DNA of 64,000 nt from positions 230 to 64,229 of the forward strand of contig CAZJWE010000001.1 in the NCBI GenBank assembly GCA_964549265.1. Direction: 5' to 3'. The first letter of the stretch is position 1, and every line of letters begins with the position of its first letter. This document shows, in pieces, positions 18,275 to 27,714 of the stretch. The notes beneath the pieces were generated by a model. That model was not told the DNA's origin. It did no database searches and was given only the letters and a program-made list of their open reading frames with translations. The stretch is from an uncultured Bacteroidales bacterium. Its GTDB lineage: Bacteria; Bacteroidota; Bacteroidia; Bacteroidales; JBBRXJ01. The translations under genes and the position numbers were made by a program.

Positions 18275-18457
18275 AAAGATGGCAATTTTTATCAAAAAAA
18301 TATGACATGTCAATAAATTTAACAGAATATGCCTGTACTCAAAATTTTAACCTAATTTTGCAACGGGTATAGGAAATGGAATGCTTTTGTTGACAAGATT
18401 TAATATAAATATATGGTACTACTATTTTAGTAGTTAAATATTTTTACAGGATATAAA

Positions 18458-18493
18458 ATACTGTTTAAATACTGTTTAAATACTGTTTAAATA
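18458..18493. repeat. 11-bp tandem repeat ATACTGTTTAA x3.3
   Basis: ATACTGTTTAA ATACTGTTTAA ATACTGTTTAA ATA, read directly, ~155 nt upstream of rnpB. Confidence 0.9.
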
Positions 18494-18647
18494 TAGTTGT
18501 AAATATATAAACAAATTGCAAGTTACCATTAAATTCGTGGTAGAACCAAATATATAAATGTCAATACTATATTGATATTTCATTTCGTTTCTCAAAAGAG
18601 AGATTGAAATCAGAAGACAAGTGAATTAAATGTAGATTTCTGAAATT

Positions 18648-18974
18648 GAGCAGGCTGTTCTATCGATCTTCTGCAAAGAAGGTAGGAAAGTCCGGACAAC
18701 ACAGGGCACCATGCTTCCGAAAGGGAAGATGTCTGTGAGGGCATGGTACCGGGGAAGAAAATAACCGTCCCGCCTCTGGTGGGATAAGGGTGAGAAGGTG
18801 AGGTAAGAGCTCACCAGTCCTGGTGGCAACATCAGGAGCTGCCCGGCCCATGGGTTGAAAGGCCATGTATACCGGCATGTAAGGACTGCCCGTTCGTTGC
18901 CGGGGGGTAGGCCGCTTAGATAAATGATAGAACCCATCTTTGATGGCGACAGAATCCGGCTTACAGGCCTGCTC
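18648..18974 (+). ncRNA. rnpB: RNase P RNA, bacterial type A
   Basis: P1 pairing GAGCAGGC...GCCTGCTC. Conserved blocks GGAAAGTCCGGAC, AAGGGTGAGAAGGTGAGGTAAGAGCTCACCAG and ACAGAATCCGGCTTAC. The region is locally GC-rich with spurious ORFs on both strands and is followed by a T-run. Confidence 0.9.
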
Positions 18975-19019
18975 TTTTTTTATTATAATAAACCTGGTCA
19001 TAAAAAAATAAGGAGAACA

Positions 19020-19700
19020 ATGCGCATTGACATTTTAACAGCTCTTCCCGAACTTCTTGAAAGCCCTTTAGGTCATTCAATTATCAAAAGAGGAATTGAC
19101 AAAGGATTGGTGGAAATACATGTACATAATTTGCGTGATTATTCAACCAATAAGCACAAAAAAGTTGATGATTATCCGTTTGGAGGAGAACCGGGGATGG
19201 TCATGTCTATAGAACCTATTGACAGAGTCGTTCAACATTTGAAAGCAGAACGCGATTATGATGAGGTTATTTTTACCACACCCGATGCGCCGGTATTCAA
19301 TCAACAAAAGGCCAACCACCTTTCTACAATGAAGAATATCATTATTTTATGCGGCCACTACAAAGGAGTTGACCAGCGTGTAAGAGATCATCTTATTACA
19401 ATGGAGCTGTCAATAGGAGATTATGTGCTTACAGGCGGAGAACTACCTGCTGCTATTATTGCAGACAGTATTATACGGCTTATCCCCGGGGTTATTTCAG
19501 ATGAAACCTCTGCACTTACCGATTCATTTCAGGACAATTTATTAGCCCCGCCGGTGTATACAAGGCCTGCCGATTATAAAGGCATGAAGGTGCCTCCTGT
19601 GCTAAGATCAGGAAATTTTAAAGAAATAGAACAATGGAGAACGGAACAGAGCCTGAAAAAAACAAAGGAATTACGGCCAGGTTTGTTAGATGATGAATAG
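19020..19700 (+). CDS. trmD: tRNA (guanine37-N1)-methyltransferase
   Basis: Start moved to the ATG at 19020 ([13 protein letters not shown]...), because the 18924 start would overlap rnpB. AAGGAG lies 4 nt upstream. Contains [13 protein letters not shown]. Confidence 0.9.
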   Translation: MRIDILTALPELLESPLGHSIIKRGIDKGLVEIHVHNLRDYSTNKHKKVDDYPFGGEPGMVMSIEPIDRVVQHLKAERDYDEVIFTTPDAPVFNQQKANHLSTMKNIIILCGHYKGVDQRVRDHLITMELSIGDYVLTGGELPAAIIADSIIRLIPGVISDETSALTDSFQDNLLAPPVYTRPADYKGMKVPPVLRSGNFKEIEQWRTEQSLKKTKELRPGLLDDE

Positions 19701-19758
19701 AACAGGATAAACTTTCCTGTAACAACGTTGTTTGAGGTTGGCTAATAAGTTGATTATG

Positions 19759-20256
19759 TTAATTGAGTAATTTATTAATTTGACCTTTTAATGTCTCTTC
19801 GTTCATATATCCTCTCATTACATAGGGTTCTTTATCAAGTGGGATGAATAAAAAAGTGGGGATGCTTTGTACACGGAATAATGATGCCAGTTCACGTTCA
19901 TTATCCACATTGATTTTATATACATTGATCTCGTTTTTGTATTGGATGGCCAATTTTTTTAACACCGGTGCCATTTTTCTGCATGGGCCGCACCAATCTG
20001 CATAAAATTCGATGAGGGCAGGTTCATTTCCCTGGTATTTCCAATCGTTATGTGCTTCATAGTTAAAAATCAGATTTTTAAAACTGTCAGCATTGAGATG
20101 TACTACTGCAGGTTGAGATTTTGTAGATGGCTGCTGCTTTTTTTCCTCGAATTCTATTGTCTTTTCTTCTTTAGTAATAAGTAAGATACTTGCAATTCCT
20201 ACTATTCCAATCAAAACCAAAAAAATAATCCCTTTTCGTTGTATCATGCTATTCAT
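19759..20256 (-). CDS. membrane-anchored thioredoxin-family protein
   Basis: N-terminal TM helix IIFLVLIGIVGIASILLI and a thioredoxin fold with the WCGPC active site. Confidence 0.85.
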   Translation of the reverse strand: MNSMIQRKGIIFLVLIGIVGIASILLITKEEKTIEFEEKKQQPSTKSQPAVVHLNADSFKNLIFNYEAHNDWKYQGNEPALIEFYADWCGPCRKMAPVLKKLAIQYKNEINVYKINVDNERELASLFRVQSIPTFLFIPLDKEPYVMRGYMNEETLKGQINKLLN

Positions 20257-20268
20257 TTATTAAGTTAA

Positions 20269-20390
20269 GTGTTTGGATCATCATATTCGATAACGAGGCT
20301 TGGGCAGCCCCCAAAAGCGCAGTTTACTGAAGTAAATGAGCGATTTTAGGGCAAGCGTAACGAAGTTAGCGAACATGATGAAACAAACAC
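20269..20390. repeat. ~122-nt imperfect palindrome / extended hairpin built from two inverted copies of the GTGTTTG core
   Basis: GTGTTTG/CAAACAC, TCATCAT/ATGATGA, TTCG/CGAA, TAAC/GTTA, GCTTG/CAAGC and CCCAAAA/TTTTAGGG pair in register. The apex is the small hairpin TTTAC-TGAA-GTAAA. Confidence 0.6.
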
Positions 20391-20534
20391 TAATTAAAAC
20401 GGATTATTTACAAATATCGTACCTAAGTTAGTTACATCTTTTGCAGAATCTAAAATGTTATTATAGAATAGTACAAAGAGCACGGATAATTTATGCCATC
20501 CTTTTTCCTTTTCAATAAAAATATTTATTTTTGC

Positions 20535-20716
20535 CTGTGTTTTGGTGGATTTTTTCCGTTTCCGGGAAAAACCTTAAAATGGGAATCACGTGAAAATCGT
20601 GAGCTGTCCCCGCAGCCGTAACTTTCGAATATGATTCTGTACCTCTGGCCACTTTGACAATGATGTCATGGGAAGGCTACAGGATTGAAATAAGCCGGAA
20701 GACCTGCCAAAGCAAA
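20535..20716 (+). promoter_or_regulatory. cobalamin (B12) riboswitch
   Basis: Core AAAATGGGAATCACGTGAAAATCGTGAGCTGTCCCCGCAGCCGTAA, GCCACT...GGGAAGGC, and the B12-box-like AGCCGGAAGACCTGCC at 20693-20708. A TATTTTTG -7 box lies at 20526-20533. The element is upstream of a BtuFCD-like operon. Confidence 0.85.
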
Positions 20717-20878
20717 GTCGAATCAAAGAAACTTCGGGAAAAAGTTTCGGGAATTATTCTTTGTAATTTCTATTCATTTTCCGGGGAACAGGAGTAACTA
20801 AAAGCTATTTGGTTTATTGGTTTGAGGCGTATTCAACCATTAAACTCATACTCACAATTTTTAACTAAATAAAAACGA

Positions 20879-21712
20879 GTGAAACAATTTCTGGTACTTT
20901 TATTATTATTATTTGTAATTTCCTGCAACCAGGGAAAAAACTACAATGAAGAGACAAAACAGGATTTTCGGATTGTCTCCCTGGCTTCTTCTATTACCAA
21001 ACAGCTTGTGCAATTGGGTTTGAAAGACCACATTGCCGGTGCAACTTCGTTTTGCCCTGTAGCAAAAGATAATAAAGAACTCATCATAGGCAGCGCTACA
21101 GATGTGAATATGGAAAAGATTACTTTGTTAAAACCTGATCTGATTTTTGCTTCGACATTAACAAAACCCAAAACGTTAAAAACACTAAAAATCACAGGAG
21201 CAACCATTGTCCAAATGCAAAAAGCATCATCTTTTGATGAAATATGCCGACAATTCATACAAATCGGCAAATTAACCCATAGAGAAGAAAAAGCGAAACA
21301 TATTATTAAGACAGAAAAAAACAAGATAGACAGTATTCGTCAATTAATACCTGAACAAATAGAAAAACCGGATGTTTTTTTTCAGATCGGAAAAAAACCA
21401 TTGTTTGCTGTTATTCCTAATTCTTATATGAATGACCTCATTCAATTTGCAGGAATGAACAACATTGCATATGACCTAAAACATGGCACCATAAGCCGGG
21501 AGACAGTTATTGCACGGAATCCGGAAGTTATTTTTGTTGTGACAATGGGCATTACAGGAAAGGATGAGAAAGAAACATGGGAGCATTATAAGGATTTGAG
21601 TGCTGTGCAGAATGATAATGTGTTTGTTTTGAATTCTGACCTTGCATGCACTCCAACTCCCACAACGTTCAGAAAAACATTGGAAACTATGGTACAATAT
21701 TTATACCGGTAA
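20879..21712 (+). CDS. ABC transporter periplasmic-type substrate-binding lipoprotein (BtuF / iron-siderophore family)
   Basis: GTG start; lipoprotein signal MKQFLVLLLLLFVISC; cluster-8 binding-protein length and context downstream of the B12 riboswitch. Confidence 0.75.
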   Translation: MKQFLVLLLLLFVISCNQGKNYNEETKQDFRIVSLASSITKQLVQLGLKDHIAGATSFCPVAKDNKELIIGSATDVNMEKITLLKPDLIFASTLTKPKTLKTLKITGATIVQMQKASSFDEICRQFIQIGKLTHREEKAKHIIKTEKNKIDSIRQLIPEQIEKPDVFFQIGKKPLFAVIPNSYMNDLIQFAGMNNIAYDLKHGTISRETVIARNPEVIFVVTMGITGKDEKETWEHYKDLSAVQNDNVFVLNSDLACTPTPTTFRKTLETMVQYLYR

Positions 21713-21722
21713 TATAAAAACT

Positions 21723-22736
21723 ATGAGAGCGAAATACATAAAATGGTTCATATTCACAGGAAGCCTTCTGCTTATTCTGATCGTTTCATTTTTGGTTTCA
21801 CTTACATCCGGTATCATGGATATTGACATCACTGAAATTCCATCCATTTTATCTGAACAGGGTGGGATGGAAGCAGTTATTATTAAAGAAATCAGGCTTC
21901 CCAGGATAATACTTGGGTTTTCGGTTGGCGGAGCACTTAGTTTAGCCGGCTGTATCCTTCAGGGAATATACAGAAACCCATTGGTCGAGCCTTATACACT
22001 TGGGATATCGGGTGGGGCTGCATTAGGAGTGGCACTTGCCATTGTCTTGAATTTAAATACAATTCTTGGATCCTATATGCTTCCCTTTGCCGGTTTTTCA
22101 GGCTCTTTGGTGACGATCTTTCTTGTCTATTCCTTAGGGATGAGAAAAGGAAAGACAAGCATCAACAGCATGCTGCTTATCGGTGTTATGATCAGCTTTA
22201 TTGCATCTTCATCCATGATGTTTTTAATGTCATTGACAACGTCTGAAAATCTTCATAGCATCATCTTCTGGATTATGGGGTCATTGGATGAACCTAACAG
22301 CATGTTATTGAACATTACGCTTTATGCTGCTTTTGCCGGACTCATCATTTCAATGCTATTTGCCCGGCCATTAAATGCTTTGTCAATGGGCGAAGAAAAA
22401 GCCATGCATTTGGGCATTAATTCGGTTATAACCATAAGGATTTTGTTTATTTTAGCATCTTTGTTAACCGGCATTTGTGTTTCTGTTGCCGGGGTTATTG
22501 GATTTGTAGGACTCGTCATCCCACATTTAATTCGCTTGTTTGTTGGACATGATTTCAGAATATTGCTTCCCGGAGCTTTTCTTGGCGGTGGCACATTTCT
22601 AATCATTTGCGATATCATATCGCGAACCGTCGTGGCACCAAGCGAACTGCCTATTGGCGTGATAACCGGTATGGTAGGCGGATTGACATTCATTATCGTA
22701 TTATCCAATTCATACATGAAATCAAAATTGAAATAA
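21723..22736 (+). CDS. FecCD-family ABC permease (BtuC-like)
   Basis: Start moved to the ATG at 21723 (MRAKYIKWFIF...), 11 bp after the upstream stop. Polytopic, with the typical RLPRIILGFSVGGALSLAG and VIGFVGLVIPH blocks. Confidence 0.85.
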   Translation: MRAKYIKWFIFTGSLLLILIVSFLVSLTSGIMDIDITEIPSILSEQGGMEAVIIKEIRLPRIILGFSVGGALSLAGCILQGIYRNPLVEPYTLGISGGAALGVALAIVLNLNTILGSYMLPFAGFSGSLVTIFLVYSLGMRKGKTSINSMLLIGVMISFIASSSMMFLMSLTTSENLHSIIFWIMGSLDEPNSMLLNITLYAAFAGLIISMLFARPLNALSMGEEKAMHLGINSVITIRILFILASLLTGICVSVAGVIGFVGLVIPHLIRLFVGHDFRILLPGAFLGGGTFLIICDIISRTVVAPSELPIGVITGMVGGLTFIIVLSNSYMKSKLK

Positions 22737-22742
22737 CGCATC

Positions 22743-23558
22743 ATGCAAGGAGTTTTCGAAATACATAATATTACATGCGGTTATCCGGGCGGATTTATGT
22801 TACATGACATCCGGTTTAAAATTGAAAACGGTTCTTTTGCCGGGATCATCGGGCCGAATGGGTCAGGAAAAACAACCCTTTTCAAAGGAATATCTGGTGA
22901 ATTAAATCTTCATAGCGGATATATCAAACTGAATGACAATGATGTTGCAATGATGTCTAATAGAGAAAAAGCCCAAAACATGGCTGTTGTCACTCAAACC
23001 ATTGATTTTGCAGATGTTCCGGTTGAAGATTATGTATTGATGGGACGCATGCCGTATCGTAAACGGTTTTATTTTTTTGAAACCAGAAAGGATTATGAGA
23101 TCGCACATCATTACATGAAACTCACTGATATCTATCATTTGAGGGATAAACTCATGTCTCAGCTTAGCGGAGGCGAACAACAACTGGCAGATATTGCCCG
23201 AGCACTGACACAAGAACCGGAATTATTATTGCTTGATGAACCCACATCGCATTTGGATATCACGCATCAGGTTCAAATACTAAACCTTATTCAGCAATTG
23301 AATCACGACCTTAAATTAACAGTCTTAATGATTATACATGACCTGAACCTGGCTGGTGAATATTGTGATTATCTTTTGATGATGAATAAAGGAACCATCC
23401 ATACCAGGGGAACTCCAGAAGATGTGTTGAATTATAAGAATATAGAAGATGTATATAAAACCGTGGTGGTGACCAGGAAAAATCCTGTTTCTGATAAGCC
23501 TGCAATCTTTTTGGTCTCCCAAAAAGTTTTAAAACAAAATATTGAAAAATCTCATTGA
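22743..23558 (+). CDS. ABC transporter ATP-binding protein (BtuD/FecE-like)
   Basis: Walker A GPNGSGKTT, signature LSGGEQQ, Walker B LLLLDEPTSHLD. Confidence 0.9.
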   Translation: MQGVFEIHNITCGYPGGFMLHDIRFKIENGSFAGIIGPNGSGKTTLFKGISGELNLHSGYIKLNDNDVAMMSNREKAQNMAVVTQTIDFADVPVEDYVLMGRMPYRKRFYFFETRKDYEIAHHYMKLTDIYHLRDKLMSQLSGGEQQLADIARALTQEPELLLLDEPTSHLDITHQVQILNLIQQLNHDLKLTVLMIIHDLNLAGEYCDYLLMMNKGTIHTRGTPEDVLNYKNIEDVYKTVVVTRKNPVSDKPAIFLVSQKVLKQNIEKSH

Positions 23559-23631
23559 ATGAAATCATGACTAAATTTGCCATTGCAGATTAATTCATTT
23601 AATTTTACGTTTTTGTTAAAAACACAGAGCC

Positions 23632-26460
23632 ATGAAAAAAAATATTATAATTAATTTATTGTCATTGTTTTTATTTGAGTCGTTTATCATTCAAGCCTAT
23701 AATCAGACATCATTAGATGTAAATCAACCTTTGCCTTTTGATACCAGTCTTGTATATGATTCTTTGGAAAACGGAGTATCGTATTATATCCGTCATAATA
23801 AAAAACCCAAAGAGCGTGTTAATATGCAGTTGGTTATAAAAGCAGGTTCTGTGCAGGAGACCGAAAAGCAGAGAGGGCTTGCACATTTTACAGAACACAT
23901 GTGTTTTAATGGGACAAAACGTTTTAAAGAACAAGAATTGGTGGATTTTCTTGAGCAAATGGGCATTGATTTTGGCCCTGATTTGAATGCATTTACCAGT
24001 TTGAATTTAACTGCTTTCAAGCTTCAGATTCCGGCAAATAATCAGGGCTTAAAAGATACAGCATTTATGGTGTTAGAAGAATGGGCACATAATGTATCAT
24101 TTGACAAAGAAGAAATTGACAAAGAACGTGGTGTGATTGTAGAAGAATGGAGGCTTGGATTGGGTGCCAGAGATCGTTTGTTTCGAAAAATGTTTCCGGT
24201 GATATTCCAGGGAAGCAAATACGCCGAACGGCTTCCGATTGGCAAAATGGAAGTGGTTAAGAATTTCGAATACCAAACACTTATAGATTTTTATAATCAA
24301 TGGTACCGGCCAGACCTGACAGGAGTAATTGTTGTTGGAGATATTTCGGAAAACTATGCAAAAGAAAAGATAAAAGAACATTTTGCCCATATTAAAATGC
24401 CTGAAAATCTCAAAGAAAAAGAAACATATGAAATTCCTAATGTAAAGCAAAACATTGCGAGAGTCTTTACAGACGAAGAAGCATTGCACAGTCAATTCAC
24501 CATTTATTTTAAAAAATTTGAACCTGCCGGTATTACAACCATCAAAGATTATCGTGATCATGTGTTGATTCCGATGTTGTGCAATTCTCTCATAAGCAAC
24601 CGGTTAAAAGAATTACAGGAAATAACGGAAGGGCCGTTTATTAATACTTATACACAACATGGAAAACTGTTCAATATCCCTGTTGATGTGTTTAGAGTCT
24701 CTGGTATTACAAAGGAGGGCAGGGTAAAAGACGGATTAGATACATTATTTTCTGAAGTACAGAGAATCAAATTATATGGGTTTACTCATTCAGAAATAGA
24801 AAGAGAAAAAAAGAAACTGCTTAAGCGCTTTGATGAACTGGCAAAAGAAACAGGAAAGATATCATCATCATATTTTGTTTCGGAGTATACCAGGCATTTT
24901 TTGCATGGTGACCCCATTCCCGGAATCAATACAGAAAATAAATATGCCAAAGCATTGGTCCCTGAGATCACCAAGAAGGAGCTGAATGAATTGGCCGGCA
25001 AATGGATGAAGGGAGAACATATGATTACTATTGTTACAGCACCTGAAAATTCAACCCTTCCTGTTGAACAAGAAATCCTTGAAATCATCAAAGAATCAAA
25101 GCAAAAACAACTGGAAGCGTATCAGGATAATGTGAATGAACAACCTTTGCTGGATACCTTTCTCGTGGGTGCAAATGTAATCCAAAAGCAACTTAACGAT
25201 ACCTTTGATTATACAGAAATTACTTTAAAAAATGGGGTTACAGTTGTGTTAAAACCAACAAACTTTAAAAATGACCAGATTTTGTTTTCAGCGATCAGTC
25301 CGGGCGGACATTCCCTTTATCCTGATGAAGATTACATGTCACTTAAATATTTATCGGATTATATCAATAATTCGGGACTTGGACATTTTGATAAACTCCA
25401 ATTAAAGAAAAAGCTGGCAGGAAATACAGCGAGTGTAAATTTTTGGTTAAATGACATTGCTGAAGGATTTACAGGCAGTGCTTCACCATCTGATAAAGAG
25501 ACTTTATTGCAATTGCTATATCTTTATTTTACATCTCCTCGTAAAGATTCCTCTGCACTGGAACGTATTTTATCAAAAGATGAAAGTAAATATAAATATA
25601 TTCATAAAAATCCCAGGACTGTTTTTTATGACACACTTCAAAAAATAGTGACACAAAATGATCCCAGAACCATTCCTTTCCCGTCATCTGAACAGTTAAA
25701 TAATGTTTCAATGAATACGATGTATGCTGTTTATAAAGAACGGGTTGCAGATGCCTCGGATTACACATTCTTTTTTGTCGGTAATTTTAACCGGGATTCA
25801 CTGATTCCTTATATTGAAAAATATTTAGGAGCACTACCTGTCAAAGGCCAAAAAGAGCAGTGGAAAGATGTAACAGCCGAATTCCCGGATGGCATAACCA
25901 ATACTACTATTCATAAAGGAACAGAACCACAGAGTTTTGTGGCTTTAGTGATGAATGAGCCATTTGATTGGTCGTATGAAAAGACATTAGAAATGAGTAT
26001 ACTTGAAAAAATCCTTTCTATCCGGTTGAGAAAAAAAATGCGAGAGGATGAAAGCGAAGTATATGGAATAAGAGTTAATGCAAATGCAAGTCAATACCCA
26101 AAATCAGAATATACTTTTAGTTTTGTATTTGGCTGTAATCCGGCCAAGACAGATACCCTGGTGAGTATTATTTTTGATGAAATAAAGAAGATACAAAATT
26201 CAATTCCAACAGAAGTTGAAATGCAAAAAGCGCAGAACATATTCATACGACAGAGAGAAACAAAGATGGAACAAAATGGTTTTTGGCTTAATCAGCTCGA
26301 AAATAAGTATTTTAAGGATGCTGAATTGAAAACCATGGATGAATACACACAGCTTGTAAAGCAGATTACAGCCGAAGATATTAAAAAAGCTGCCAATCAA
26401 TTTCTGATACCCGGACATTATGTGAAGCTCATTTTGAAACCTGAAACCGAGAACAGGTAA
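23632..26460 (+). CDS. secreted M16 (pitrilysin/insulinase) family zinc peptidase
   Basis: Signal peptide, inverted zinc motif HFTEHMCFNG (HxxEH), and 942 aa length consistent with tandem M16 halves. Confidence 0.85.
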   Translation: MKKNIIINLLSLFLFESFIIQAYNQTSLDVNQPLPFDTSLVYDSLENGVSYYIRHNKKPKERVNMQLVIKAGSVQETEKQRGLAHFTEHMCFNGTKRFKEQELVDFLEQMGIDFGPDLNAFTSLNLTAFKLQIPANNQGLKDTAFMVLEEWAHNVSFDKEEIDKERGVIVEEWRLGLGARDRLFRKMFPVIFQGSKYAERLPIGKMEVVKNFEYQTLIDFYNQWYRPDLTGVIVVGDISENYAKEKIKEHFAHIKMPENLKEKETYEIPNVKQNIARVFTDEEALHSQFTIYFKKFEPAGITTIKDYRDHVLIPMLCNSLISNRLKELQEITEGPFINTYTQHGKLFNIPVDVFRVSGITKEGRVKDGLDTLFSEVQRIKLYGFTHSEIEREKKKLLKRFDELAKETGKISSSYFVSEYTRHFLHGDPIPGINTENKYAKALVPEITKKELNELAGKWMKGEHMITIVTAPENSTLPVEQEILEIIKESKQKQLEAYQDNVNEQPLLDTFLVGANVIQKQLNDTFDYTEITLKNGVTVVLKPTNFKNDQILFSAISPGGHSLYPDEDYMSLKYLSDYINNSGLGHFDKLQLKKKLAGNTASVNFWLNDIAEGFTGSASPSDKETLLQLLYLYFTSPRKDSSALERILSKDESKYKYIHKNPRTVFYDTLQKIVTQNDPRTIPFPSSEQLNNVSMNTMYAVYKERVADASDYTFFFVGNFNRDSLIPYIEKYLGALPVKGQKEQWKDVTAEFPDGITNTTIHKGTEPQSFVALVMNEPFDWSYEKTLEMSILEKILSIRLRKKMREDESEVYGIRVNANASQYPKSEYTFSFVFGCNPAKTDTLVSIIFDEIKKIQNSIPTEVEMQKAQNIFIRQRETKMEQNGFWLNQLENKYFKDAELKTMDEYTQLVKQITAEDIKKAANQFLIPGHYVKLILKPETENR

Positions 26461-26607
26461 ACGTTGTTTTTTATTCATCATTTAATGCTTGATGGCAATA
26501 AAAATGTTTAATATTAGTTTTTTTTAATAATTGGTTGTTTATATAAAATAAAAAAAGACACATATTGCCGATGAAGAACATCCTACTTTTTTACTGAAAC
26601 AAATAAG

Positions 26608-27681
26608 ATGTACAAGAAAGCAGGTATTTTACAATTCATATTATTTATTTTTACAGCTGTTCACTTAGCAGGCAACACACCAAAATACAGCAATGAATTT
26701 CTTTCTGTAGGTATTGGAGCCAGGTCATTGGGTATGGCCAAATCTACTACAGCCAGTGTAGGAGAGGTGACCTCGGTTTATTGGAACCCGGCAGGAATGG
26801 TTAATATTGAAAACGACGCCGATATTGGCGTAATGCATTCGGAGTATTTTGCCGGACTCTCTAAATATGATTTTCTGGGAGGTATATTAAAAACAGACTC
26901 AAACTCTGCCGCAGGGTTTTCTGTTATCCGTTTCGGAGTTGACGAAATCCAAAACACATTAAACCTTGTAGATGATAACGGTGTCGTTGATTACAGCAGA
27001 ATTAAAGAGTTTTCTGTGGCAGACTGGGCATTTACATTTTCATATGCTAAAAGATCGAAGTTGAAAGGGTTGCAATATGGTGCCAATGTAAAGATAATAC
27101 ACCGGCTAATAGGTGAATTTGCAAGCGCCTGGGGATTTGGCATTGATGCCGGGATTCAGTATTTTAAAGGAAAATGGTCATTGGGGGTGATGGGAAGAGA
27201 CATCACAACCACTTTTAATGCCTGGAATTTTAATGAAGAAAAATTAAAACCTGCATTTGATATGACGGGCAACAAAATGCCTGAAAATGCACTTGAAATA
27301 ACCATGCCTAAAATAACTGCCGGAATTGCAAGAACCATTGATATTAGTAAACGTTTTTCTGCCCTGATTGAAGCAGATATTGATATGTATTTCGACGGGA
27401 AACGACACATGTTGATTAAAAGTGATGTGGCCAGCATGGATCCACATGTTGGATTTGAAATAGGATATAAGAATTATCTGTTTTTCAGAGGAGGTATAGG
27501 AAGTTTCCAGGAGATTCAAACCCATAACAGAACATATTATGCTTTTGAGCCCAATATGGGACTTGGTATTAAGGTGCATCAACTATACATTAATTATGCA
27601 CTTACCAATATTGGAAGCCAATCTGTAGGGCTCTATTCTAATGTTTTTTCACTTCATTATGCCTTTGACTTCAAGAAATAA
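26608..27681 (+). CDS. PorV/PorQ-family outer-membrane beta-barrel protein (type IX secretion associated)
   Basis: Signal peptide; N-terminal signature NEFLSVGIGARSLGMAKSTTASVGEVTSVYWNPAGM resembles the PorV/PorQ family motif; the aromatic C-terminus (HYAFDFKK) is typical of barrels. Confidence 0.55.
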   Translation: MYKKAGILQFILFIFTAVHLAGNTPKYSNEFLSVGIGARSLGMAKSTTASVGEVTSVYWNPAGMVNIENDADIGVMHSEYFAGLSKYDFLGGILKTDSNSAAGFSVIRFGVDEIQNTLNLVDDNGVVDYSRIKEFSVADWAFTFSYAKRSKLKGLQYGANVKIIHRLIGEFASAWGFGIDAGIQYFKGKWSLGVMGRDITTTFNAWNFNEEKLKPAFDMTGNKMPENALEITMPKITAGIARTIDISKRFSALIEADIDMYFDGKRHMLIKSDVASMDPHVGFEIGYKNYLFFRGGIGSFQEIQTHNRTYYAFEPNMGLGIKVHQLYINYALTNIGSQSVGLYSNVFSLHYAFDFKK

Positions 27682-27714
27682 TCATTTCCCCCTTTTTTCT
27701 ATTGGTTTTACTCC

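Noticed and set aside
18458-18493. Tandem repeats at 18458-18493 and 47121-47145, considered as possible CRISPR or other array.
   Set aside because: The units are 11 and 7 bp, directly abutting with no spacers, and there are no cas genes. They are simple tandem repeats.
18626-19001. Two overlapping minus-strand ORFs of 103 and 113 aa (18626..18937 and 18660..19001).
   Set aside because: They lie exactly over the RNase P RNA. Open frames there are a by-product of the GC-rich structured RNA, and the peptide sequences have no protein-like features.
18924-19019. A 32-codon N-terminal extension of trmD in the ORF track.
   Set aside because: It would overlap the 3' part of rnpB. The conserved TrmD N-terminus MRIDILT begins at 19020 and is preceded by AAGGAG.
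19721-19732. The perfect 12-bp palindrome AACAACGTTGTT between convergent trmD and the thioredoxin gene, considered as a terminator.
   Set aside because: The palindrome has no loop, so at most a 4-bp RNA stem could form, and it has no flanking T-run. It is too weak to call.
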